Positions 9,506 through 18,956 are shown, numbered from the stretch's first letter. The stretch: DNA of 64,000 nt from an uncultured Actinomycetota bacterium (GCA_964529285.1 CAZGWK010000001.1:72452-136451); one strand, 5' to 3'. Numbers and translations are program-made. Notes: a model not told the origin generated them from the sequence alone.

Positions 9506-10771
9506 ATGTCGGGAAAGAGAAAGCTGGGCAGGGGAGTGGCCATCGTCGGAGCGGGCATGTCGAATTTCGGGATGTTCCCGGACAAGGACTCCAAAGACGT
9601 CTTCGCCGAGGCCTACAGCGAGATGCTCGAGAACGTGGACAAGGGAATCGATCCCGCGGACATCGAGGCTGCGTGGATCGGCAATTTCAGCAACGATTTC
9701 TTCGTTCACCAGGCGCACTGGGGGCCTATAATCGCGGATCTGGCCGGATTGGCGCCCAAGGCGGTGACGCGGACCGAGGGCGCTTGTGCCTCCAGCACCC
9801 TGGCGATGAGAGACGGTCTCATGGCTATCGCTTCCGGCATGTACGATATCGTGCTTGCGGGCGGGGTGGAGGAGATGTCCAAATGTAGCACTGAGGAGGT
9901 CACCGAGGGGCTGGCCCTGGCCACGTCCCCCTACGAGGGACAGGCGGGTTATACTTTTCCCGGCGTCTTCGGGGCCCTGGCTACCGCTTATTTCAATAAA
10001 TACGGGGCGGGGCGGGAGCACCTCATGAACATCACCATCAAGAGCCATAATAGCGCTCCCCTCAATCCCAAGGCGCAGTTCAAGCAGACCATAGCGGACC
10101 TCATGCAGGCGAAAAAGGCAAGGGCCGAGAAGAAGGGCCAGCCCGTACCGGACTGGGCCGATGAGAAGGAAGCTCTGTGGGACCCCTCCTTCAACCCGCC
10201 GGTAGCCTGGCCAATGCACCTGTACGATTGCTGCCCCATAAGCGACGGGGCCAGCTGCATACTCCTGGTGGCGGAGGAGATCGCCAAGGATTTCACCGAC
10301 GATCCCATCTACGTAGTGGGATTCGGACAGGGGAGCGGCAGGGGCCTGCACGCCTGCCCCAGTCTCACCTCATTCGAGGCCAACAAGCAGGCTGCCGCCG
10401 AGGCCTACGGTACTTCGGGGTTGACCCCCAAGGACATCCAGTTCGCAGAGGTACACGACTGCTTCAGCATCGCGGAACTCATCCACATAGAGGACCTGGG
10501 ATTCTTCGAGGAAGGCAAGGGATTCAAGGCCATAGCGGAGGGCGAGACCAGGCGCGACGGGCGCATGCCTATCAATACCTCGGGTGGCCTCAAATGCAAG
10601 GGGCACCCCGTGGGCGCTACGGGGACGGCACAGATGTTCGAAATCTGGAAGCAGCTGCGCGGGGAAGCGGGTGAACGGCAGATCCCGGGAAGGGACCTCT
10701 ACGTCGGGGCTACCCAGAACCTGGGCGGCACCGGCGGCACCTGCACCTTCACCATATTCGAAAGGAGATAG
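9506..10771 (+). CDS. thiolase-family protein (SCP-x/Paa-type acetyl-CoA C-acyltransferase)
   Basis: Contains the thiolase active-site Cys region TEGACASS and C-terminal GATG motifs. An AAGGAGG RBS lies 7 nt upstream. Confidence 0.85.
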   Translation: MSGKRKLGRGVAIVGAGMSNFGMFPDKDSKDVFAEAYSEMLENVDKGIDPADIEAAWIGNFSNDFFVHQAHWGPIIADLAGLAPKAVTRTEGACASSTLAMRDGLMAIASGMYDIVLAGGVEEMSKCSTEEVTEGLALATSPYEGQAGYTFPGVFGALATAYFNKYGAGREHLMNITIKSHNSAPLNPKAQFKQTIADLMQAKKARAEKKGQPVPDWADEKEALWDPSFNPPVAWPMHLYDCCPISDGASCILLVAEEIAKDFTDDPIYVVGFGQGSGRGLHACPSLTSFEANKQAAAEAYGTSGLTPKDIQFAEVHDCFSIAELIHIEDLGFFEEGKGFKAIAEGETRRDGRMPINTSGGLKCKGHPVGATGTAQMFEIWKQLRGEAGERQIPGRDLYVGATQNLGGTGGTCTFTIFERR

Positions 10772-10775
10772 GGCA

Positions 10776-11192
10776 ATGGAAGAACGGGCTTTCAGCGATA
10801 TCACCTACCGTCAGTTCCTGGAAGAGGACAAGTTCATGGGCTCGAAATGCGTGAAATGCGGGCAGCTCTACGTGCCCCCTCGCCATTTCTGCATCGCGTG
10901 CTTCGGCGAGGACATGGAGTGGCACGAGATGGAGGGCGAAGGCGAACTTTCCGCCTTTACCTGCATATTCGTAGCTCCCCCTCATATGGTAGCCATGGGT
11001 TACGATCGCAAGAACCCCTACTGCACCGGAGTGGTGACCCTCAAGGAGGGCCCCAGGATGGTCGCCCGTATAGAAGGGGTGGAGGCTGCCAACCCCGATT
11101 CCATCAAGATAGGCACGCCCATGAAAGTTGAGTTCGTACACCGCGGGGAAGGGGAGGAGGCCACCACCTACCTGGCGTTCAGGCCCAGTTGA
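10776..11192 (+). CDS. DUF35 OB-fold/Zn-ribbon protein (thiolase partner)
   Basis: The Zn-ribbon CVKCGQ…CIAC is followed by an OB fold. The ATG is 5 nt after the thiolase stop, behind an AAAGGAG RBS. Confidence 0.8.
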   Translation: MEERAFSDITYRQFLEEDKFMGSKCVKCGQLYVPPRHFCIACFGEDMEWHEMEGEGELSAFTCIFVAPPHMVAMGYDRKNPYCTGVVTLKEGPRMVARIEGVEAANPDSIKIGTPMKVEFVHRGEGEEATTYLAFRPS

Positions 11193-11249
11193 CCCGGGGG
11201 TTGGTTCGCGCGGCACAGTGGCCGCGGGCATGCACGGGCTCCCCGGCGC

Positions 11250-12302
11250 TCACAGCGTTTTTGCCGTCAAGGTGAGGGTGCCGCGCTCGTCATGTTCGTA
11301 GCTCAAGCTCGAGCTCTTCCCGCTGAGCAGCTCGCATATCCCCTGCAGCAATCCCGCCACCAGCAGGTGCGGCAGGGCGTTATCGACTGTCGCTTCCATG
11401 CCGCCGGCGGAGGTATCGAAGTTCACGATGTTGCCCATGCCCCGCAGCGCCACCTGCCGCATGAGGTAACCCGGCTCGCGGCGCACTTCCTCCATCTGCA
11501 CGGTCTCGACGACGTAGCGGCGCTGGGCCTCCACGATGGTCCTGGATAGCTCCTCACCCAGCTCGTCCTCGAGTTCGCGGAACACGGACTGGATGCCCTC
11601 CGCACCGAGGACGGCCATTCTCCTCCCCGTGTTACGGTCGGTGATGGTACCTTCCTCCAGGTCCCAGGTATAGTCCTTGAATTCCAGAGGGATGCCGCAC
11701 TGCGGGCAGCGGTCATATGATATCGCCCCCGCAATGCGGGGGAGGACCTTGCGCTCGAGGCGGGATACGATCTCTTCCTCCAGTTCCTCTCCCGGCGTGA
11801 TGGTGATCACCAGCCCCCCGTCCCTCTCCTCGAACTGGAGTTCGGCCGGGACCCCCTCAACCACGTTGAAGACAGCCGCGATATCGCCGCTGAAGAGAGT
11901 GCGGGAGTAGATATTGCGGCCGAAGACCTTTATGAACTCGCCCGCCTTGAAATCTACGAGCTCGTAATGGCCGTAGCCAAGTATGGAACCCCGAGCGGCT
12001 ATGGTCTCGTACACCTTGCGGCGCAGCAGGGCCTTGACGATCAGTAGCTTCAGGCCCGAGAACATGCCCTGTACGTAATTGAGGGTGGACTTGCGCTTGC
12101 CCTCGATGACGATGCGGTCTATGAGCACGCCGACCAGCTCCTCCAGGTTCGCGAGCATGCGGTTCATGCCCTCGGCCTCGTAGAATATCACGCGGTGGTC
12201 CGGGTTTTTCGTCTGGGTAATGGTACCGTCTGGATTCCACGAGTTCTCCCTGGAGAACTCCTCCGGTACCCCGCATAATGAACATATCTTGACCCTGGCC
12301 AT
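11250..12302 (-). CDS. hypothetical protein with two homologous halves, each opening with a CxxCG(V/I)P Zn-ribbon-like motif
   Basis: 350 aa with a strong RBS (GGGGGCAGGAG). The internal repeat KICSLCGVPEEF vs RCPQCGIPLEF is each followed by a ~150-aa domain. No confident family assignment. Confidence 0.5.
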   Translation of the reverse strand: MARVKICSLCGVPEEFSRENSWNPDGTITQTKNPDHRVIFYEAEGMNRMLANLEELVGVLIDRIVIEGKRKSTLNYVQGMFSGLKLLIVKALLRRKVYETIAARGSILGYGHYELVDFKAGEFIKVFGRNIYSRTLFSGDIAAVFNVVEGVPAELQFEERDGGLVITITPGEELEEEIVSRLERKVLPRIAGAISYDRCPQCGIPLEFKDYTWDLEEGTITDRNTGRRMAVLGAEGIQSVFRELEDELGEELSRTIVEAQRRYVVETVQMEEVRREPGYLMRQVALRGMGNIVNFDTSAGGMEATVDNALPHLLVAGLLQGICELLSGKSSSLSYEHDERGTLTLTAKTL

Positions 12303-12872
12303 CTCCTGCCCCCTTCATTCTCAGGATTACCCCTGGCGCCGGCGCGGCACGCGCTCTGTCCGTACGCTTCGAGTATAAAGGTTACCGGTAGGTATGAAAA
12401 TATTTCCAGCAGTAATCAGACACTGGAATGGTAATTGTATGTTACAAACATGATAAGCACTGTATGTACCTATTCATATACCCAAACATGGAGAAATTGG
12501 CTTATCGGCGCGCCTCCGTTTGTGAGCAGCATAATGCAGGCATGGGGTGAAAGCCGCTGGTTACGGTCGCAAGCAGGCGTGGCTCGAAGTGAGATATCCT
12601 TATCTGGACGCCTCCAGGCGCAAGGGCATGCAGAAGGTGGGGCGAAAGGCAATGGGAGTGCTAGGACGCTTTGCGCGGGCTCGAGAGCGTGCGGGATGTC
12701 CGTGACGGAACGTAAAAGCGCATGGCGACGGCGGAGGCCGGCGGAAAATCGCCCGTACAACATAAACGCCGATAATATATCTTATGTAAAGTTAACATAA
12801 CTAGCTATTTCCCCTTGTGCGACGCCTCTCATATACCGCGAATCCCTCGACTTCTCGCCCTCCGCGTCTATA

Positions 12873-12901
12873 AAGGGCCCGCAGCGAAGGCGGGCCCTTT
12901 T
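12873..12901 (-). terminator. GC-rich hairpin GGGCCCGC-N8-GCGGGCCC flanked by T/A runs, downstream of the acyl-CoA ligase
   Basis: An 8-bp perfect stem is followed by TTTT on the + strand and preceded by TTTATA on the - strand. It is bidirectional in appearance. Confidence 0.4.
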
Positions 12902-12916
12902 CCCTGAAGCTGGCGT

Positions 12917-14638
12917 TTATACCTCGAGGTCCTGTGCCTGGTCCCGCAGCTCGCGCCTGAGGATCTTTCCCGCTCCGCTGGCTGGCAGCGCCTCTACTAT
13001 CCTGATCGCGCGTACCTTCTTATATGCAGCCAGCTTTTCGTTGGCATATGCGAGGAGCTCATCCTCGCCGGCTTCCTGGCCGGGATTCAACTCCACGAAG
13101 GCGATGGGTATATCGCCTGCGCGCTCGTCGTATTTCCCCACAACGGCGGATTGAGCTATCGCGGGGTGGGCGTTGAGAACATCCTCGAGATCGCGCGGAT
13201 AGACGTTGTAGCCTTTATAGATGAGCATATCCTTCTTGCGGTCTACGATGTACAGGTAGCCGTCCTCGTCGAATTTTCCGATATCGCCCGTATATAACCA
13301 GCCTTCGCGCAATACCCCTGCCGTCTCCTCGGATTTGTTCCAATAGCCCAGCATCACCTGGGGGCCCTTGATGCAGATCTCTCCTATCTCCCCTACCGCC
13401 ATCTCCTCCTCGCCCTTCTCGGGCTCCATTATCCTGATCTCCGTGTCCTGCATGGGAAGCCCGACGGACCCGAGGCGGAACCCTTCCCGGCTGGGAGGGT
13501 TGGCGCAGCAACCCATGGTGCACTCGGAGAGGCCGTAGGCTTCGCATATCACGCCGGGTATTTTATCGCTAAGGGTCTCCAGGAGATGACGTGGGATGGG
13601 AGCGGCTCCCGAGGCGACCATCCTGATGTCGGAGAAGTCGGTATCCTGGAACAGCGGGTTCTCCACCAGGGGGATAAAGAGCTGAGGTGCCCCGCCGAAA
13701 ACGGTGGCGCGGTACCTGGAAATAGCCTGCAGGTACTCCGTCGGGTCGAAGCGCGGGAAGACCACCAGCGTATTCCCGCCCAGTAGCTGCATGGAGAGAT
13801 ATCCGATGGCCCCCATGGCGTGGAACCAGGGCACCACGATAAGGGAGATCTCCGTACCCTGGCTGACGGGATGATCTTCGTCGCGGTCGCCCTCCATGCG
13901 CTTGACCTTGAACATGCCGTCCTCGTAGAGGATATCCCCACCGCCGAACCAGTAAGCGAACTGGCAGCAATTGACCACCCCGTTGTAGTGGGTGATCATC
14001 ACCCCTTTCGGGGTCCCCGTTGTGCCGCCGGTATAAGCGATATGGGCCAGGTCCTCCCTGGCGTCGAACTCCACCTGCGGCGGCTCGGCGGGATAGTCGC
14101 TTAGCATGCTCACGAAGTCTATGGTCCCCTCCGGCAACGGCTGTTTCTGCAGCATCTTCACGGGAGCGGACAACGGAGGGTAGCAATCCGCCAGGCTGAC
14201 AACGATGGTGCGTTTTACCGGGCTATTGGGGATGACCTGCTGCGGGACGCCGAAAAGCATATCCAATCCGATGAAGGTCTCGACCTCCGCGTCGTTGAGC
14301 TGGAAGTCTATCTCCCTCTCCGCCAGCAGGGGGCTCATGGGCACGAAGATGGCGCCTGCCTTGAGCAGCCCGTAATAGGCTATGGCGAACTGGGGGCAGT
14401 TGGGAAGGTGTATTCCCACCCGGTCCCCCTTCTTGACCCCCATAGCCGCAAGGGCGGTCGCGAAACGGTCCGAAAGGGTGTCCAGTTCCTGGAAGGTTAT
14501 CTCCATTCCCCCGAAGATGATGGCGTTACGCCACGGCCACTGCAGGGTTGCAGAGCGCAAGATCTGTTGAATGGGTACCTCCGGGTAAGAAAGGTTCTCA
14601 AAAACACCCTTCGGCCAGTACTTGAAGTTCTTTTCCAT
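12917..14638 (-). CDS. long-chain/medium-chain acyl-CoA ligase (AMP-binding)
   Basis: 573 aa carrying the AMP-binding signature YTGGTTGTPKGV and C-terminal GKI/KILRREL. Confidence 0.9.
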   Translation of the reverse strand: MEKNFKYWPKGVFENLSYPEVPIQQILRSATLQWPWRNAIIFGGMEITFQELDTLSDRFATALAAMGVKKGDRVGIHLPNCPQFAIAYYGLLKAGAIFVPMSPLLAEREIDFQLNDAEVETFIGLDMLFGVPQQVIPNSPVKRTIVVSLADCYPPLSAPVKMLQKQPLPEGTIDFVSMLSDYPAEPPQVEFDAREDLAHIAYTGGTTGTPKGVMITHYNGVVNCCQFAYWFGGGDILYEDGMFKVKRMEGDRDEDHPVSQGTEISLIVVPWFHAMGAIGYLSMQLLGGNTLVVFPRFDPTEYLQAISRYRATVFGGAPQLFIPLVENPLFQDTDFSDIRMVASGAAPIPRHLLETLSDKIPGVICEAYGLSECTMGCCANPPSREGFRLGSVGLPMQDTEIRIMEPEKGEEEMAVGEIGEICIKGPQVMLGYWNKSEETAGVLREGWLYTGDIGKFDEDGYLYIVDRKKDMLIYKGYNVYPRDLEDVLNAHPAIAQSAVVGKYDERAGDIPIAFVELNPGQEAGEDELLAYANEKLAAYKKVRAIRIVEALPASGAGKILRRELRDQAQDLEV

Positions 14639-15243
14639 GCTACTCCCTCCCCTTCAGGACTGATTCTGACCTTACAGGACGGCGGTCTCTGCTTGCACGG
14701 ATTTCGAAACCGCCGCAGCAACGCGAGACAGCAGAGAAGCTGCGTGATGCAGGTGATCTGTTTCCGCTGTCCCCACTTTTCTGCCCCGCCGCTCAAGTTT
14801 GTGGTGCGTTTATGCCCGTATTGCCGTTAGCGAATAAACGTATGATAACCCATAATCACCGCTCTTTCCAGCTTGCGCGGCGAGGTTGGCTCCGTTTGAG
14901 AGTGAGCCCGCAGCAAGTTAAGCTTTTTCCCTATGCCCCGATTCCGCAAGGGTTAAAGGTGCGCGATTTTGCTCAGCCTCACGGCGCTTTTGGGGCAAGC
15001 AATACTACCAAAATGGCCTTATTTTCGCAAAATCACCGCTTTTCTAATACTAAAGGTCGATAGTATGGAGGTGGATTTTGGCCGAGAATATGTATAGGAC
15101 TTTTTAAAGTCCAACGCCCCACCCGGAAAGCAGCTGGCCCCTCAGGTCAGCTGCTTCCAATTTCACTAGCAATTATCCGGGGGTTTTCCAGACCCGAGAA
15201 GCGTGAGAACGGGCGATTGCGAATACGCTGCAGACAGGGCAAG

Positions 15244-16368
15244 TCAGGTCTTGTTGATGGTTGCAGCGACACCGATCAGATCTCCTTTATCCCTGAACAG
15301 TGGGAATACGTTGACCAGAACGGTCTGAGTGCCGGGGTCGTCATACACGGGCTGCGTATAATAGAGCCCCTGCCGTTCACGGAAACAGTCCTGGAAGCCC
15401 CGTGCAAGTTGATGCCCGCGCGTATCCATGCCGCGCAGCACCTCTATAGCGCTGCGTGCGAGGAGATCCGCCTGCTGCGCGCCGAGAAAGCGCTCTGCCT
15501 CCTGGTTGATTATCATCACCATACCGCGTTCATCGAGTATTAGAACGCCCATGCGTGCCTCGTTGATGAAGCTCTCCAGGTAACCCTGTGTTTTCTTGGT
15601 GGTATCGAGCGCGCGCCTGGTGAGGTTGTAGAGCTTCGCATTGGTCAGCGAGTTGCCGAGCACCTCGCAAACCGCCTGCAGCAGTGTCTTCTCCTCGTCG
15701 GAGTAGCCGCCCCTGGTGGTCCCGGCCACCATGACTCCCGTAATGCGGTTACCGGCCTTTATCGGCAGGGCATAACGTACCATGCCCGTGCGGCGGGAAG
15801 CCCCCTCGCCGCCGTTATCCTCGACAGGTTCGCCGCACTCGGCGACCATTCCCACTATACCCTCCCCTATTGCGAAATCGGGCAGCTCCTCGAGGGGCGT
15901 TTCGGTACCGTAGCGGGCGCGAGGAACGAACCGCCCGGTTTGTTCGTCCAGGATGTAAATGGAACCGAGAGAGGAGGTTAGGGGCATCGCCGACTCGAGC
16001 GAATTTTCGAGCAGCCCCTGCGCGCCGAGGTTCGCATTGGCGCTGGATTGTATGTTGTTTAGTACCTGCAGGAGCATGTTTGATTTCTGGAGCCTGTCCA
16101 CCATGGCCTCGAGCCTTTTGTTGTATTCGGCGCTGCGGGTGAATATGTATGCGGCAAAAAGTACCAGACCGAGTATGAGGGCGGCATCGAAGATAATCTT
16201 GAAGGTAGTGCTGCCGAAGAAATCCGAAAAACGGTCGACGTTCTGAACCAGTATGAGAAAGAGAATCACCACGATCATCAGAATCATCAGGATGACCGAG
16301 AAAATGCTCACGGGTCTGCGCTCCTTATCTACGCGCCCTCCGTTCATGGATTGCCGTTTCCTCCTCAT
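15244..16368 (-). CDS. membrane-anchored GAF/PAS sensor protein with no recognisable output domain
   Basis: An N-terminal TM helix is followed by GAF-like and PAS-like regions. The start ATG overlaps the GDPD stop (ATGA). The ORF track extends further 5' across the GDPD frame, which is judged spurious. Confidence 0.65.
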   Translation of the reverse strand: MRRKRQSMNGGRVDKERRPVSIFSVILMILMIVVILFLILVQNVDRFSDFFGSTTFKIIFDAALILGLVLFAAYIFTRSAEYNKRLEAMVDRLQKSNMLLQVLNNIQSSANANLGAQGLLENSLESAMPLTSSLGSIYILDEQTGRFVPRARYGTETPLEELPDFAIGEGIVGMVAECGEPVEDNGGEGASRRTGMVRYALPIKAGNRITGVMVAGTTRGGYSDEEKTLLQAVCEVLGNSLTNAKLYNLTRRALDTTKKTQGYLESFINEARMGVLILDERGMVMIINQEAERFLGAQQADLLARSAIEVLRGMDTRGHQLARGFQDCFRERQGLYYTQPVYDDPGTQTVLVNVFPLFRDKGDLIGVAATINKT

Positions 16369-17123
16369 GATGTGCCGCCCCCATCGTCCATTACCGCCAT
16401 TGTCCCGCCATCCGGGTCCGTCAATCCCTTCTCCAGGCAGGCCTTCAGGTCGGGATAGGTGTCGGTGATAACGCCGTCCACGCCCATCGCGATTGTTTCC
16501 TGCAGTAGAGAAGTAGAGTTGACCGTCCAGGTTATCACCCTGCAGCCACGTTCGTGCGCCGCTTTCACCAGCTGGCCGGACAGCGCAAAGCTGGCCGGAA
16601 GGACCGCGGATGCTCCGCAGCGGCCGGCTTCTGCCAGCATATGGCCGGGGGTGGGTTCGTATTGGGCGAGCATGCCGAGCTCCGCGGGGCTTCCGGTAGC
16701 GCGGAACCTTTGCAGGAATTCCGCATCGAAGGAACTTACCAGGACCGGGAAATCCCCTGCGGCGGCAATGACCCCTGCCAGAACCGCTGCGTCGCACCTC
16801 TTTATCTCGAGGTTAAGGGCGCAGTGGTTTCCTGCCAGATCGAGGTATTCCTTAAGAGTCGGGATATCGGGATCACGCTTTTTTATCTCGCAGAAAGGCA
16901 TACGCCCCAGGAGGCCGATACCCAGAAAGGGGCCGTGATGGATAACCGGGACGCCGTCGCTGGACATGCGTACATCCGTCTCGATCATCTCCACCCCGAA
17001 TTCCAGGGCACGCCGCAGGGACTGCAGCGTGTTTTCCGGGCCGAAACCCTTGCCTCCCCGGTGGCTTATCAGTTTCAGGTTCCTTCTCTCCGTGACACCG
17101 TCGTTGCATACCCTTATAAGCAT
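16365..17123 (-). CDS. ugpQ: glycerophosphodiester phosphodiesterase
   Basis: Has the GDPD fold motifs HRGG…PENT and EMIETDV. A GAGGTGA RBS precedes it. Confidence 0.8.
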   Translation of the reverse strand: MLIRVCNDGVTERRNLKLISHRGGKGFGPENTLQSLRRALEFGVEMIETDVRMSSDGVPVIHHGPFLGIGLLGRMPFCEIKKRDPDIPTLKEYLDLAGNHCALNLEIKRCDAAVLAGVIAAAGDFPVLVSSFDAEFLQRFRATGSPAELGMLAQYEPTPGHMLAEAGRCGASAVLPASFALSGQLVKAAHERGCRVITWTVNSTSLLQETIAMGVDGVITDTYPDLKACLEKGLTDPDGGTMAVMDDGGGTS

Positions 17124-17578
17124 TACTTCACCTCTGCTCTGATGTTCGGCACCGGGCGGCCTTCTACTTAGCGGGCAAGGCCGGTTTCCGCACGCAAGCC
17201 CTCCCGCGGAACTGTCCTTTTCCGCTATATGCAGGGATGCCCCGGCTGAAGCCCTGCCCCACCTCCTCCAGGTGGCAATGGGATCCCGGGCAAAGAGTGA
17301 TGAGGAAGAAGGGGCGGAAGAAAAGTATTATCGACCTGACACGATCGAGAGCGCACGAATCCCAACCGGTTTCCCTGACTTATGCGCGTGCCTGCAGGCG
17401 TGTATCCCGGCGCTTGTCCCGTATTTGCTGCCCCGTGTCTTAGAACCTTGTTGCGGGGACAGAAAAGTCCTCTACCCTATTCGGCTGGATATCCCTAGTA
17501 AGGAAACGACCTGTGGAGTCGGCTCCGGGAACGAACTATCCTCCAGCTCCATGGTAGAGGACCTTGAGCGTGCTCGCC

Positions 17579-17785
17579 TTACTGATGGTCGCCCCCGGCC
17601 TTACTGTTCAAGTCCTTCATGAGAGCATCAACGTCTATGCCATGTGCCATGGCGCCCTGCTCGATATTCTCGAAACGGGCAACGGCGCATCCCACGCAAT
17701 GCAAGCCGTGCTCCAGGAAAACCCTTATGGTCTCCGGATTGTTCTCGACCACTTCCTGTATGGTCATATCCTTCGTTATAGTCAT
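17579..17785 (-). CDS. DUF1858 domain protein (hybrid-cluster-protein-associated redox disulfide domain)
   Basis: 68 aa: MTIQEVVENNPETIRVFLEHGLHCVGC. Confidence 0.8.
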   Translation of the reverse strand: MTITKDMTIQEVVENNPETIRVFLEHGLHCVGCAVARFENIEQGAMAHGIDVDALMKDLNSKAGGDHQ

Positions 17786-17878
17786 GTCCTCACCTCCCTT
17801 GTAAGACTTCCATGGGGTTAGTTTAAGCTCAAACGGAGGGCTTTACCAGCCTTTCTTGCCGACGTCATATGAGCCAGG

Positions 17879-18175
17879 TCATGAGTCCTTCTGCAGCTGG
17901 AGATGAAGGTCGAGGAGGTCGTCCCATGTTAGAGGGGGGTTCTCCGAGGATTCCTTGATCTCGATAGGCTCAACCAGGACGATGGGGTCCCGGCCGTTCA
18001 TGCGCATGAAGTCAATGAAGCGGCTGTCGGCTGGATATGCCTGCGCTACGTTGCAGGTACCGCAGATAAAGCTGTAATAGGTACCTTCGCCATCTCCATG
18101 CTCGATCAGGAGGATATCTTCGAGGGAGAGGGCCACTTCTCCGCATGTGCAGCAGCGAGATTTTACCCGTACCAT
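17879..18175 (-). CDS. small Cys-rich hypothetical protein (CCTCG…ICGTC, putative zinc ribbon)
   Basis: 98 aa with two CxxC-type clusters. It is divergent from the wHTH regulator gene across an AT-rich spacer. Confidence 0.45.
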   Translation of the reverse strand: MVRVKSRCCTCGEVALSLEDILLIEHGDGEGTYYSFICGTCNVAQAYPADSRFIDFMRMNGRDPIVLVEPIEIKESSENPPLTWDDLLDLHLQLQKDS

Positions 18176-18251
18176 CTTGCCTCCTTATAATCTATTAACA
18201 CTATATTTACTGTATTAATATACTTTGATATAATAAGTTAGTCAAGCCCGT

Positions 18252-18956
18252 TTGATCGGAATGGATATGAGAACCTACAGAGAACAAGTTGCCCGCGTTT
18301 CGACGGCTCTCGCGGATCCTACGCGGCGAGAGATAATGGAATACGTGCTGCACTCAGGTTCTCCCCTCTCGGTGCGCGACGTAGCGGAATATTTCGACCT
18401 GCATGCCAATGCAGCCCGCCTGCACCTCGAGAAACTCGTCAAAGGGGGCCTGCTGCAGGTTTTTCGCCGCCGCGGTGCAAGCGGCGGACGCCCCGCCAAC
18501 CTCTACGGCGCAAGCGATGAGGATGTGGAATTGAACCTTCCCCCGCGCAATTACAGATTGCTGGCTGAGATACTTGCCAAGGGCGTCAAGGAGGGCGAGA
18601 AAGACATTATATCGCGTATGGGGCAGGAAGCGTTCGAGCGCGGCCGCCTCGAGGCTGTTGCCGGGTCCTCCCCCCTCGCTTGCCTGCCGTCGCATTCTTG
18701 CATAGGGGACACTGCCACAGCTTGGCTGGAGGAAATAGAGCGCAGAGGCCACAAAGCTACCCGCAGGCAGATCGACGGGGACAGTGTTGAGGTCACTTTT
18801 TTGACCTGTCCCTTCGGTGAATTCTCCCGCCACCATCCCGGTCTTGCCTGTGAGATACACCGCCGTCTCGAAGAGGGATGCCTGAGCCTGGCGGGAGCCC
18901 TGGGGCTGGAAGCTATGGACCGGGATTGCACCTTCATCCTGCGGGCCGATAAATAA
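18252..18956 (+). CDS. ArsR-like winged-helix transcriptional regulator with a Cys-rich C-terminal domain
   Basis: The N-terminal wHTH is ALADPTRREIMEYV…VRDVAEYF. The C-terminal ~120 aa carries several Cys/His residues. Confidence 0.6.
   Translation: MIGMDMRTYREQVARVSTALADPTRREIMEYVLHSGSPLSVRDVAEYFDLHANAARLHLEKLVKGGLLQVFRRRGASGGRPANLYGASDEDVELNLPPRNYRLLAEILAKGVKEGEKDIISRMGQEAFERGRLEAVAGSSPLACLPSHSCIGDTATAWLEEIERRGHKATRRQIDGDSVEVTFLTCPFGEFSRHHPGLACEIHRRLEEGCLSLAGALGLEAMDRDCTFILRADK

Noticed and set aside
12303-12916. Checked the long leader for RNase P RNA, tmRNA, cobalamin and TPP riboswitch signatures.
   Set aside because: There is no GGAAAGUCCGG P4 sequence, no tRNA-like GGUUCGAUUCC, no B12 box GCCACUG, and no complete TPP core (a UGAGA…AUCUGGA resemblance is on the wrong strand and lacks the P3 ACCC element). 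It is left as an unassigned structured region.
15124-15157. Hairpin GGAAAGCAGCUG…CAGCUGCUUCC, with AGGUCAG/GGAAGCAGC strings superficially resembling SRP-RNA helix 8.
   Set aside because: The order of the conserved SRP strings and the GNRA tetraloop context do not match on either strand. The rest of an SRP RNA (helix 5) is missing. It looks like a simple near-perfect hairpin.
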